Of a stretch of 64,000 nt of DNA, positions 1 through 12,000 are shown piece by piece. Origin of the DNA: Lingula anatina. Taxonomy: Eukaryota; Animalia; Brachiopoda. Below the pieces are notes generated by a model. That model worked only from the letters and a program-made list of their open reading frames with translations. It had not been told where the DNA came from and did not search any database. Both the position numbers and the translations under genes were made by a program. The DNA lies in contig JBPQGU010000016.1 in NCBI GenBank assembly GCA_051362555.1, forward strand, positions 4,216,001 to 4,280,000, given 5' to 3'. Positions within the stretch are counted from its first letter, which is position 1, and every line of letters starts with the position of its first letter.

Positions 1-3000
1 GGAAAAATCGGAGACGGGTCGATTTTTGGTGATTTTGAGTGATTTTGAACAGTGCCGGCACTGTGAGATTTCTTCAATTTTGGCCAGGTAGGGATGAAAA
101 TTTTTTTTCTTCATTATAGTGTCAGGTAGGTGTGTTCGGTCATTTGTAGTAAGAATAAAGTGCTGGAAGAGTGGTGGTGTCAACATTAAGGAAGAAATAG
201 AGCAAAAACTCTCTCTTCCCCCCCCCCCTCTCAGATTCTGTTCTCAGAGCTTATTTTTGGATCATCTTTAAAGCTAGAATTGGGGGCCTTGATGAAGTGA
301 CCCGGGCGCGTTTACACATTTTTTATGAATGACAGGTGTGGTAGATTGATTTTCGTCACTTTTTGGAAAAATCGGAGACGGGTCGATTTTTGGTGATTTT
401 GAGTGATTTTGAACAGTGCCGGCACTGTGAGATTTCTTCAATTTTGGCCAGGTAGGGATGAAAATTTTTTTTCTTCATTATAGTGTCAGGTAGGTGTGTT
501 CGGTCATTTGTAGTAAGAATAAAGTGCTGGAAGAGTGGTGGTGTCAACATTAAGGAAGAAATAGAGCAAAAACTCTCTCTCTCCCCCCCCCCCCTCTCAG
601 ATTCTGTTCTCAGAGCTTATTTTTGGATCATCTTTAAAGCTAGAATTGGGGGCCTTGATGAAGTGACCCGGGCGCGTTTCCACATTTTTTATGAATGACA
701 GGTGTGGTAGATTGATTTTCGTCACTTTTTGGAAAAATCGGAGACGGGTCGATTTTTGGTGATTTTGAGTGATTTTGAACAGTGCCGGCACTGTGAGATT
801 TCTTCAATTTTGGCCAGGTAGGGATGAAAATTTTTTTTCTTCATTATAGTGTCAGGTAGGTGTGTTCGGTCATTTGTAGTAAGAATAAAGTGCTGGAAGA
901 GTGGTGGTGTCAACATTAAGGAAGAAATAGAGCAAAAACTCTCTCTCCCCCCCCCCCTCTCAGATTCTGTTCTCAGAGCTTATTTTTGGATCATCTTTAA
1001 AGCTAGAATTGGGGGCCTTGATGAAGTGACCCGGGCGCGTTTCCACATTTTTTATGAATGACAGGTGTGGTAGATTGATTTTCGTCACTTTTTGGAAAAA
1101 TCGGAGACGGGTCGATTTTTGGTGATTTTGAGTGATTTTGAACAGTGCCGGCACTGTGAGATTTCTTCAATTTTGGCCAGGTAGGGATGAAAATTTTTTT
1201 TCTTCATTATAGTGTCAGGTAGGTGTGTTCGGTCATTTGTAGTAAGAATAAAGTGCTGGAAGAGTGGTGGTGTCAACATTAAGGAAGAAATAGAGCAAAA
1301 ACTCTCTCTCCCCCCCCCCCCCCTCTCAGATTCTGTTCTCAGAGCTTATTTTTGGATCATCTTTAAAGCTAGAATTGGGGGCCTTGATGAAGTGACCCGG
1401 GCGCGTTTACACATTTTTTATGAATGACAGGTGTGGTAGATTGATTTTCGTCACTTTTTGGAAAAATCGGAGACGGGTCGATTTTTGGTGATTTTGAGTG
1501 ATTTTGAACAGTGCCGGCACTGTGAGATTTCTTCAATTTTGGCCAGGTAGGGATGAAAATTTTTTTTCTTCATTATAGTGTCAGGTAGGTGTGTTCGGTC
1601 ATTTGTAGTAAGAATAAAGTGCTGGAAGAGTGGTGGTGTCAACATTAAGGAAGAAATAGAGCAAAAACTCTCTCTCCCCCCCGCCCCTCTCAGATTCTGT
1701 TCTCAGAGCTTATTTTTGGATCATCTTTAAAGCTAGAATTGGGGGCCTTGATGAAGTGACCCGGGCGCGTTTACACATTTTTTATGAATGACAGGTGTGG
1801 TAGATTGATTTTCGTCACTTTTTGGAAAAATCGGAGACGGGTCAATTTTTGGTGATTTTGAGTGATTTTGAACAGTGCCGGCACTGTGAGATTTCTTCAA
1901 TTTTGGCCAGGTAGGGATGAAAATTTTTTTTCTTCATTATAGTGTCAGGTAGGTGTGTTCGGTCATTTGTAGTAAGAATAAAGTGCTGGAAGAGTGGTGG
2001 TGTCAACATTAAGGAAGAAATAGAGCAAAAACTCTCTCTCCCCCCCCCCTCTCAGATTCTGTTCTCAGAGCTTATTTTTGGATCATCTTTAAAGCTAGAA
2101 TTGGGGGCCTTGATGAAGTGACCCGGGCGCGTTTACACATTTTTTATGAATGACAGGTGTGGTAGATTGATTTTCGTCACTTTTTGGAAAAATCGGAGAC
2201 GGGTCGATTTTTGGTGATTTTGAGTGATTTTGAACAGTGCCGGCACTGTGAGATTTCTTCAATTTTGGCCAGGTAGGGATGAAAATTTTTTTTCTTCATT
2301 ATAGTGTCAGGTAGGTGTGTTCGGTCATTTGTAGTAAGAATAAAGTGCTGGAAGAGTGGTGGTGTCAACATTAAGGAAGAAATAGAGCAAAAACTCTCTC
2401 TCCCCCCCCCCCCCCCCTCTCAGATTCTGTTCTCAGAGCTTATTTTTGGATCATCTTTAAAGCTAGAATTGGGGGCCTTGATGAAGTGACCCGGGCGCGT
2501 TTACACATTTTTTATGAATGACAGGTGTGGTAGATTGATTTTCGTCACTTTTTGGAAAAATCGGAGACGGGTCGATTTTTGGTGATTTTGAGTGATTTTG
2601 AACAGTGCCGGCACTGTGAGATTTCTTCAATTTTGGCCAGGTAGGGATGAAAATTTTTTTTCTTCATTATAGTGTCAGGTAGGTGTGTTCGGTCATTTGT
2701 AGTAAGAATAAAGTGCTGGAAGAGTGGTGGTGTCAACATTAAGGAAGAAATAGAGCAAAAACTCTCTCTCCCCCCCGCCCCTCTCAGATTCTGTTCTCAG
2801 AGCTTATTTTTGGATCATCTTTAAAGCTAGAATTGGGGGCCTTGATGAAGTGACCCGGGCGCGTTTACACATTTTTTATGAATGACAGGTGTGGTAGATT
2901 GATTTTCGTCACTTTTTGGAAAAATCGGAGACGGGTCAATTTTTGGTGATTTTGAGTGATTTTGAACAGTGCCGGCACTGTGAGATTTCTTCAATTTTGG

Positions 3001-6000
3001 CCAGGTAGGGATGAAAATTTTTTTTCTTCATTATAGTGTCAGGTAGGTGTGTTCGGTCATTTGTAGTAAGAATAAAGTGCTGGAAGAGTGGTGGTGTCAA
3101 CATTAAGGAAGAAATAGAGCAAAAACTCTCTCTCCCCCCCCCCCTCTCAGATTCTGTTCTCAGAGCTTATTTTTGGATCATCTTTAAAGCTAGAATTGGG
3201 GGCCTTGATGAAGTGACCCGGGCGCGTTTACACATTTTTTATGAATGACAGGTGTGGTAGATTGATTTTCGTCACTTTTTGGAAAAATCGGAGACGGGTC
3301 GATTTTTGGTGATTTTGAGTGATTTTGAACAGTGCCGGCACTGTGAGATTTCTTCAATTTTGGCCAGGTAGGGATGAAAATTTTTTTTCTTCATTATAGT
3401 GTCAGGTAGGTGTGTTCGGTCATTTGTAGTAAGAATAAAGTGCTGGAAGAGTGGTGGTGTCAACATTAAGGAAGAAATAGAGCAAAAACTCTCTCTCCCC
3501 CCCCCCCCTCTCAGATTCTGTTCTCAGAGCTTATTTTTGGATCATCTTTAAAGCTAGAATTGGGGGCCTTGATGAAGTGACCCGGGCGCGTTTACACATT
3601 TTTTATGAATGACAGGTGTGGTAGATTGATTTTCGTCACTTTTTGGAAAAATCGGAGACGGGTCGATTTTGAGTGATTTTGAGTGCTTTTGAACAGTGCC
3701 GGCACTGTGAGATTTCTTCAATTTTGGCCAGGTAGGGATGAAAATTTTTTTTCTTCATTATAGTGTCAGGTAGGTGTGTTCGGTCATTTGTAGTAAGAAT
3801 AAAGTGCTGGAAGAGTGGTGGTGTCAACATTAAGGAAGAAATAGAGCAAAAACTCTCTCTCCCCCCCCCCCCCCTCTCAGATTCTGTTCTCAGAGCTTAT
3901 TTTTGGATCATCTTTAAAGCTAGAATTGGGGGCCTTGATGAAGTGACCCGGGCGCGTTTACACATTTTTTATGAATGACAGGTGTGGTAGATTGATTTTC
4001 GTCACTTTTCGGAAAAATCGGAGACGGGTCGATTTTTGGTGATTTTGAGTGATTTTGAACAGTGCCGGCACTGTAAGATTTCTTCAATTTTGGCCAGGTA
4101 GGGATGAAAATTTTTTTTCTTCATTATAGTGTCAGGTAGGTGTGTTCGGTCATTTGTAGTAAGAATAAAGTGCTGGAAGAGTGGTGGTGTCAACATTAAG
4201 GAAGAAATAGAGCAAAAACTCTCTCTCCCCCCCCCCCCCCTCTCAGATTCTGTTCTCAGAGCTTATTTTTGGATCATCTTTAAAGCTAGAATTGGGGGCC
4301 TTGATGAAGTGACCCGGGCGCGTTTACACATTTTTTATGAATGACAGGTGTGGTAGATTGATTTTCGTCACTTTTTGGAAAAATCGGAGACGGGTCGATT
4401 TTTGGTGATTTTGAGTGATTTTGAACAGTGCCGGCACTGTGAGATTTCTTCAATTTTGGCCAGGTAGGGATGAAAATTTTTTTTCTTCATTATAGTGTCA
4501 GGTAGGTGTGTTCGGTCATTTGTAGTAAGAATAAAGTGCTGGAAGAGTGGTGGTGTCAACATTAAGGAAGAAATAGAGCAAAAACTCTCTCTCCCCCCCC
4601 CCCCCTCTCAGATTCTGTTCTCAGAGCTTATTTTTGGATCATCTTTAAAGCTAGAATTGGGGGCCTTGATGAAGTGACCCGGGCGCGTTTACACATTTTT
4701 TATGAATGACAGGTGTGGTAGATTGATTTTCGTCACTTTTTGGAAAAATCGGAGACGGGTCGATTTTTGGTGATTTTGAGTGATTTTGAACAGTGCCGGC
4801 ACTGTGAGATTTCTTCAATTTTGGCCAGGTAGGGATGAAAATTTTTTTTCTTCATTATAGTGTCAGGTAGGTGTGTTCGGTCATTTGTAGTAAGAATAAA
4901 GTGCTGGAAGAGTGGTGGTGTCAACATTAAGGAAGAAATAGAGCAAAAACTCTCTCTCCCCCCCCCCCCTCTCAGATTCTGTTCTCAGAGCTTATTTTTG
5001 GATCATCTTTAAAGCTAGAATTGGGGGCCTTGATGAAGTGACCCGGGCGCGTTTACACATTTTTTATGAATGACAGGTGTGGTAGATTGATTTTCGTCAC
5101 TTTTTGGAAAAATCGGAGACGGGTCGATTTTTGGTGATTTTGAGTGATTTTGAACAGTGCCGGCACTGTGAGATTTCTTCAATTTTGGCCAGGTAGGGAT
5201 GAAAATTTTTTTTCTTCATTATAGTGTCAGGTAGGTGTGTTCGGTCATTTGTAGTAAGAATAAAGTGCTGGAAGAGTGGTGGTGTCAACATTAAGGAAGA
5301 AATAGAGCAAAAACTCTCTCTCCCCCCCCCCCTCTCAGATTCTGTTCTCAGAGCTTATTTTTGGATCATCTTTAAAGCTAGAATTGGGGGCCTTGATGAA
5401 GTGACCCGGGCGCGTTTACACATTTTTTATGAATGACAGGTGTGGTAGATTGATTTTCGTCACTTTTTGGAAAAATCGGAGACGGGTCGATTTTTGGTGA
5501 TTTTGAGTGATTTTGAACAGTGCCGGCACTGTGAGATTTCTTCAATTTTGGCCAGGTAGGGATGAAAATTTTTTTTCTTCATTATAGTGTCAGGTAGGTG
5601 TGTTCGGTCATTTGTAGTAAGAATAAAGTGCTGGAAGAGTGGTGGTGTCAACATTAAGGAAGAAATAGAGCAAAAACTCTCTCTCCCCCCCCCCCCCTCT
5701 CAGATTCTGTTCTCAGAGCTTATTTTTGGATCATCTTTAAAGCTAGAATTGGGGGCCTTGATGAAGTGACCCGGGCGCGTTTACACATTTTTTATGAATG
5801 ACAGGTGTGGTAGATTGATTTTCGTCACTTTTTGGAAAAATCGGAGACGGGTCGATTTTTGGTGATTTTGAGTGATTTTGAACAGTGCCGGCACTGTGAG
5901 ATTTCTTCAATTTTGGCCAGGTAGGGATGAAAATTTTTTTTCTTCATTATAGTGTCAGGTAGGTGTGTTCGGTCATTTGTAGTAAGAATAAAGTGCTGGA

Positions 6001-9000
6001 AGAGTGGTGGTGTCAACATTAAGGAAGAAATAGAGCAAAAACTCTCTCTCCCCCCCCCCCCTCTCAGATTCTGTTCTCAGAGCTTATTTTTGGATCATCT
6101 TTAAAGCTAGAATTGGGGGCCTTGATGAAGTGACCCGGGCGCGTTTACACATTTTTTATGAATGACAGGTGTGGTAGATTGATTTTCGTCACTTTTTGGA
6201 AAAATCGGAGACGGGTCGATTTTTGGTGATTTTGAGTGATTTTGAACAGTGCCGGCACTGTGAGATTTCTTCAATTTTGGCCAGGTAGGGATGAAAATTT
6301 TTTTTCTTCATTATAGTGTCAGGTAGGTGTGTTCGGTCATTTGTAGTAAGAATAAAGTGCTGGAAGAGTGGTGGTGTCAACATTAAGGAAGAAATAGAGC
6401 AAAAACTCTCTCTCCCCCCCCCCCCTCTCAGATTCTGTTCTCAGAGCTTATTTTTGGATCATCTTTAAAGCTAGAATTGGGGGCCTTGATGAAGTGACCC
6501 GGGCGCGTTTACACATTTTTTATGAATGACAGGTGTGGTAGATTGATTTTCGTCACTTTTTGGAAAAATCGGAGACGGGTCGATTTTTGGTGATTTTGAG
6601 TGATTTTGAACAGTGCCGGCACTGTGAGATTTCTTCAATTTTGGCCAGGTAGGGATGAAAATTTTTTTTCTTCATTATAGTGTCAGGTAGGTGTGTTCGG
6701 TCATTTGTAGTAAGAATAAAGTGCTGGAAGAGTGGTGGTGTCAACATTAAGGAAGAAATAGAGCAAAAACTCTCTCTCCCCCCCCCCCCTCTCAGATTCT
6801 GTTCTCAGAGCTTATTTTTGGATCATCTTTAAAGCTAGAATTGGGGGCCTTGATGAAGTGACCCGGGCGCGTTTACACATTTTTTATGAATGACAGGTGT
6901 GGTAGATTGATTTTCGTCACTTTTTGGAAAAATCGGAGACGGGTCGATTTTTGGTGATTTTGAGTGATTTTGAACAGTGCCGGCACTGTGAGATTTCTTC
7001 AATTTTGGCCAGGTAGGGATGAAAATTTTTTTTCTTCATTATAGTGTCAGGTAGGTGTGTTCGGTCATTTGTAGTAAGAATAAAGTGCTGGAAGAGTGGT
7101 GGTGTCAACATTAAGGAAGAAATAGAGCAAAAACTCTCTCTCCCCCCCCCCCCTCTCAGATTCTGTTCTCAGAGCTTATTTTTGGATCATCTTTAAAGCT
7201 AGAATTGGGGGCCTTGATGAAGTGACCCGGGCGCGTTTACACATTTTTTATGAATGACAGGTGTGGTAGATTGATTTTCGTCACTTTTTGGAAAAATCGG
7301 AGACGGGTCGATTTTTGGTGATTTTGAGTGATTTTGAACAGTGCCGGCACTGTGAGATTTCTTCAATTTTGGCCAGGTAGGGATGAAAATTTTTTTTCTT
7401 CATTATAGTGTCAGGTAGGTGTGTTCGGTCATTTGTAGTAAGAATAAAGTGCTGGAAGAGTGGTGGTGTCAACATTAAGGAAGAAATAGAGCAAAAACTC
7501 TCTCTCCCCCCCCCCCCCCCTCTCAGATTCTGTTCTCAGAGCTTATTTTTGGATCATCTTTAAAGCTAGAATTGGGGGCCTTGATGAAGTGACCCGGGCG
7601 CGTTTACACATTTTTTATGAATGACAGGTGTGGTAGATTGATTTTCGTCACTTTTTGGAAAAATCGGAGACGGGTCGATTTTTGGTGATTTTGAGTGATT
7701 TTGAACAGTGCCGGCACTGTGAGATTTCTTCAATTTTGGCCAGGTAGGGATGAAAATTTTTTTTCTTCATTATAGTGTCAGGTAGGTGTGTTCGGTCATT
7801 TGTAGTAAGAATAAAGTGCTGGAAGAGTGGTGGTGTCAACATTAAGGAAGAAATAGAGCAAAAACTCTCTCTCCCCCCCCCCCCCCCCTCTCAGATTCTG
7901 TTCTCAGAGCTTATTTTTGGATCATCTTTAAAGCTAGAATTGGGGGCCTTGATGAAGTGACCCGGGCGCGTTTACACATTTTTTATGAATGACAGGTGTG
8001 GTAGATTGATTTTCGTCACTTTTCGGAAAAATCGGAGACGGGTCGATTTTTGGTGATTTGAACAGTGCCGGCACTGTGAGATTTCTTCAATTTTGGCCAG
8101 GTAGGGATGAAAATTTTTTTTCTTCATTATAGTGTCAGGTAGGTGTGTTCGGTCATTTGTAGTAAGAATAAAGTGCTGGAAGAGTGGTGGTGTCAACATT
8201 AAGGAAGAAATAGAGCAAAAACTCTGTCTCCCCCCCCCCCTCTCAGATTCTGTTCTCAGAGCTTATTTTTGGATCATCTTTAAAGCTAGAATTGGGGGCC
8301 TTGATGAAGTGACCCGGGCGCGTTTCCACATTTTTTATGAATGACAGGTGTGGTAGATTGATTTTCGTCACTTTTTGGAAAAATCAGAGACGGGTCGATT
8401 TTTGGTGATTTTAAGTGATTTTGAACAGTGCCGGCACTGTGAGATTTCTTCAATTTTGGCCAGGTAGGGATGAAAATTTTTTTTCTTCATTATAGTGTCA
8501 GGTAGGTGTGTTCGGTCATTTGTAGTAAGAATAAAGTGCTGGAAGAGTGGTGGTGTCAACATTAAGGAAGAAATAGAGCAAAAACTCTGTCTCTCCCCCC
8601 GCCCTCTCAGATTCTGTTCTCAGAGCTTATTTTTGGATCATCTTTAAAGCTAGAATTGGGGGCCTTGATGAAGTGACCCGGGCGCGTTTCCACATTTTTT
8701 ATGAATGACAGGTGTGGTAGATTGATTTTCGTCACTTTTTGGAAAAATCGGAGACGGGTCGATTTTTGGTGATTTTGAGTGATTTTGAACAGTGCCGGCA
8801 CTGTGAGATTTCTTCAATTTTGGCCAGGTAGGGATGAAAATTTTTTTTCTTCATTATAGTGTCAGGTAGGTGTGTTCGGTCATTTGTAGTAAGAATAAAG
8901 TGCTGGAAGAGTGGTGGTGTCAACATTAAGGAAGAAATAGAGCAAAAACTCTGTCTCCCCCCCCCCCTCTCAGATTCTGTTCTCAGAGCTTATTTTTGGA

Positions 9001-12000
9001 TCATCTTTAAAGCTAGAATTGGGGGCCTTGATGAAGTGACCCGGGCGCGTTTCCACATTTTTTATGAATGACAGGTGTGGTAGATTGATTTTCGTCACTT
9101 TTTGGAAAAATCGGAGACGGGTCGATTTTTGGTGATTTTGAGTGATTTTGAACAGTGCCGGCACTGTGAGATTTCTTCAATTTTGGCCAGGTAGGGATGA
9201 AAATTTTTTTTCTTCATTATAGTGTCAGGTAGGTGTGTTCGGTCATTTGTAGTAAGAATAAAGTGCTGGAAGAGTGGTGGTGTCAACATTAAGGAAGAAA
9301 TAGAGCAAAAACTCTGTCTCCCCCCCCCCTCTCAGATTCTGTTCTCAGAGCTTATTTTTGGATCATCTTTAAAGCTAGAATTGGGGGCCTTGATGAAGTG
9401 ACCCGGGCGCGTTTCCACATTTTTTATGAATGACAGGTGTGGTAGATTGATTTTCGTCACTTTTTGGAAAAATCGGAGACGGGTCGATTTTTGGTGATTT
9501 TGAGTGATTTTGAACAGTGCCGGCACTGTGAGATTTCTTCAATTTTGGCCAGGTAGGGATGAAAATTTTTTTTCTTCATTATAGTGTCAGGTAGGTGTGT
9601 TCGGTCATTTGTAGTAAGAATAAAGTGCTGGAAGAGTGGTGGTGTCAACATTAAGGAAGAAATAGAGCAAAAACTCTGTCTCCCCCCCCCCCCCTCTCAG
9701 ATTCTGTTCTCAGAGCTTATTTTTGGATCATCTTTAAAGTTAGAATTGGGGGCCTTGATGAAGTGACCCAGGCACGTTTCCACATTTTTTATGAATGACA
9801 GGTGTGGTAGATTGATTTTCGTCACTTTTTGGAAAAATCGGAGACGGGTCGATTTTTGGTGATTTTGAGTGATTTTGAACAGTGCCGGCACTGTGAGATT
9901 TCTTCAGTTTTGGCCAGGTAGGGTTGAAAAATTTTTTTCTTCATTATAGTGTCAGGTAGGTGTGTTCGGTCATTTGTAGTAAGAATAAAGTGCTGGAAGA
10001 GTGGTGGTGTCAACATTAAGGAAGAAATAGAGCAAAAACTCTGTCTCCCCCCCCCCCCTCTCAGATTCTGTTCTCAGAGCTTATTTTTGGATCATCTTTA
10101 AAGCTAGAATTGGGGGCCTTGATGAAGTGACCCGGGCGCGTTTCCACATTTTTTATGAATGACAGGTGTGGTAGATTGATTTTCGTCACTTTTTGGAAAA
10201 ATCGGAGACGGGTCGATTTTTGGTGATTTTGAGTGATTTTGAACAGTGCCGGCACTGTGAGATTTCTTCAATTTTGGCCAGGTAGGGATGAAAATTTTTT
10301 TTCTTCATTATAGTGTCAGGTAGGTGTGTTCGGTCATTTGTAGTAAGAATAAAGTGCTGGAAGAGTGGTGGTGTCAACATTAAGGAAGAAATAGAGCAAA
10401 AACTCTGTCTCCCCCCCCCCCCTCTCAGATTCTGTTCTCAGAGCTTATTTTTGGATCATCTTTAAAGCTAGAATTGGGGGCCTTGATGAAGTGACCCGGG
10501 CGCGTTTCCACATTTTTTATGAATGACAGGTGTGGTAGATTGATTTTCGTCACTTTTTGGAAAAATCGGAGACGGGTCGATTTTTGGTGATTTTGAGTGA
10601 TTTTGAACAGTGCCGGCACTGTGAGATTTCTTCAATTTTGGCCAGGTAGGGATGAAAATTTTTTTTCTTCATTATAGTGTCAGGTATGTGTGTTCGGTCA
10701 TTTGTAGTAAGAATAAAGTGCTGGAAGAGTGGTGGTGTCAACGTTAAGGAAGAAATAGAGCAAAAACTCTGTCTCCCCCCCCCCCTCTCAGATTCTGTTC
10801 TCAGAGCTTATTTTTGGATCATCTTTAAAGCTAGAATTGGGGGCCTTGATGAAGTGACCCGGGCGCGTTTCCACATTTTTTATGAATGACAGGTGTGGTA
10901 GATTGATTTTCGTCACTTTTTGGAAAAATCGGAGACGGGTCGATTTTTGGTGATTTTGAGTGATTTTGAACAGTGCCGGCACTGTGAGATTTCTTCAATT
11001 TTGGCCAGGTAGGGATGAAAATTTTTTTTCTTCATTATAGTGTCAGGTAGGTGTGTTCGGTCATTTGTAGTAAGAATAAAGTGCTGGAAGAGTGGTGGTG
11101 TCAACATTAAGGAAGAAATAGAGCAAAAACTCTGTCTCCCCCCCCCCCCTCTCAGATTCTGTTCTCAGAGCTTATTTTTGGATCATCTTTAAAGCTAGAA
11201 TTGGGGGCCTTGATGAAGTGACCCGGGCGCGTTTCCACATTTTTTATGAATGACAGGTGTGGTAGATTGATTTTCGTCACTTTTTGGAAAAATCGGAGAC
11301 GGGTCGATTTTTGGTGATTTTGAGTGATTTTGAACAGTGCCGGCACTGTGAGATTTCTTCAATTTTGGCCAGGTAGGGATGAAAATTTTTTTTCTTCATT
11401 ATAGTGTCAGGTAGGTGTGTTCGGTCATTTCTAGTAAGAATAAAGTGCTGGAAGAGTGGTGGTGTCAACATTAAGGAAGAAATAGAGCAAAAACTCTGTC
11501 TCCCCCCCCCTCTCAGATTCTGTTCCCAGAGCTTATTTTTGGATCATCTTTAAAGCTAGAATTGGGGGCCTTGATGAAGTGACCCGGGCGCGTTTCCACA
11601 TTTTTTATGAATGACAGGTGTGGTAGATTGATTTTCGTCACTTTTTGGAAAAATGGAGACGGGTCGATTTTTGGTGATTTTGAGTGATTTTGAACAGTGC
11701 CGGCACTGTGAGATTTCTTCAATTTTGGCCAGGTAGGGATGAAAATTTTTTTTCTTCATTATAGTGTCAGGTAGGTGTGTTCGGTCATTTGTAGTAAGAA
11801 TAAAGTGCTGGAAGAGTGGTGGTGTCAACATTAAGGAAGAAATAGAGCAAAAACTCTGTCTCCCCCCCCCCCCTCTCAGATTCTGTTCTCAGAGCTTATT
11901 TTTGGATCATCTTTAAAGCTAGAATTGGGGGCCTTGATGAAGTGACCCGAAGCGTTTCCACATTTTTTATGAATGACAGGTGTGGTAGATTGATTTTCGT

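Noticed and set aside
210-230. Variable poly-C length as an information-bearing code
   Set aside because: Homopolymer length is prone to slippage and sequencing error, and no reliable pattern is visible
352-383. CENP-B-box-like TTCGT…TTGGAAA…CGG(G)
   Set aside because: The spacing does not fit the TTCGNNNNANNCGGG core
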